Shown in pieces: positions 63,825-64,000 of a stretch of 64,000 nt of DNA. Positions within the stretch are counted from its first letter, which is position 1. Every line of letters begins with the position of its first letter. Source of the DNA: Nitrosopumilus sp. (GTDB lineage Archaea; Thermoproteota; Nitrososphaeria; Nitrososphaerales; Nitrosopumilaceae); contig OZ245040.1 in assembly GCA_965224195.1 (NCBI GenBank), positions 736,001 to 800,000 of the forward strand, in the 5' to 3' direction. The position numbers were made by a program, and so were the translations under genes. Below the pieces are notes generated by a model that saw only the letters and a list, made by a program, of their open reading frames with translations, was not told where the DNA came from and made no database searches.

Positions 63825-64000
63825 GTGAACTGCCCTTATTTTTTTATCCTTGGCATAATTACATTGGCTCTAGTCGGCGGAGTCTCATCTGTGGCATATG
63901 CTGACAATGCTGATGCTGCCGGCGACATCCTAGTTGCAGACTCGGGCAACCACCGCATCCAGGTGTTCAATCCTGACCATTCCTTCAAGTTCCAGTTTGG
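63825..64000 (+). CDS. secreted NHL-repeat protein (partial, runs off window)
   Basis: Signal peptide then GDILVADSGNHRIQVFNPDHSFKFQF, a canonical NHL repeat. Confidence 0.75.
   Translation, partial: MNCPYFFILGIITLALVGGVSSVAYADNADAAGDILVADSGNHRIQVFNPDHSFKFQF

Overview
AT-rich archaeal DNA from a Nitrosopumilaceae-type ammonia-oxidising thaumarchaeon. The markers are the 3-hydroxypropionate/4-hydroxybutyrate cycle ligase and dehydratase, CdvB, LysW/LysX/LysK, archaeal DnaG and Dph5. Positions 1-41 kb are mostly core genome: bioFBAD with a BirA-type operator, HMG-CoA synthase, a full urease cluster with a DUR3-like urea transporter, and ribK/ribL. This part is interrupted by IS5/IS6 remnants and many fresh pseudogenes. 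Positions 41-64 kb are an accessory island containing: a truncated tyrosine integrase, RHH/Zn/HNH genes and an iteron-like repeat block; an IS1595 remnant and orphan methyltransferases; an IS6-type transposon with 54-bp TIRs carrying a MunI-like R-M system; and a Cas4-like nuclease, a HEPN pseudogene and an NHL-repeat gene. The most unusual signal is two kinds of duplicated non-coding cassette built from CRISPR-repeat-like units of several different repeat families, with no cas operon in the window. Each cassette pair brackets cargo genes. There is also a 37-bp insertion with a 37-bp target duplication that splits a core gene. The IS load, gene decay, R-M genes and NHL protein suggest a host-associated (e.g. 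sponge) lineage; this is inference. All family calls come from motif recognition by eye, not database searches.
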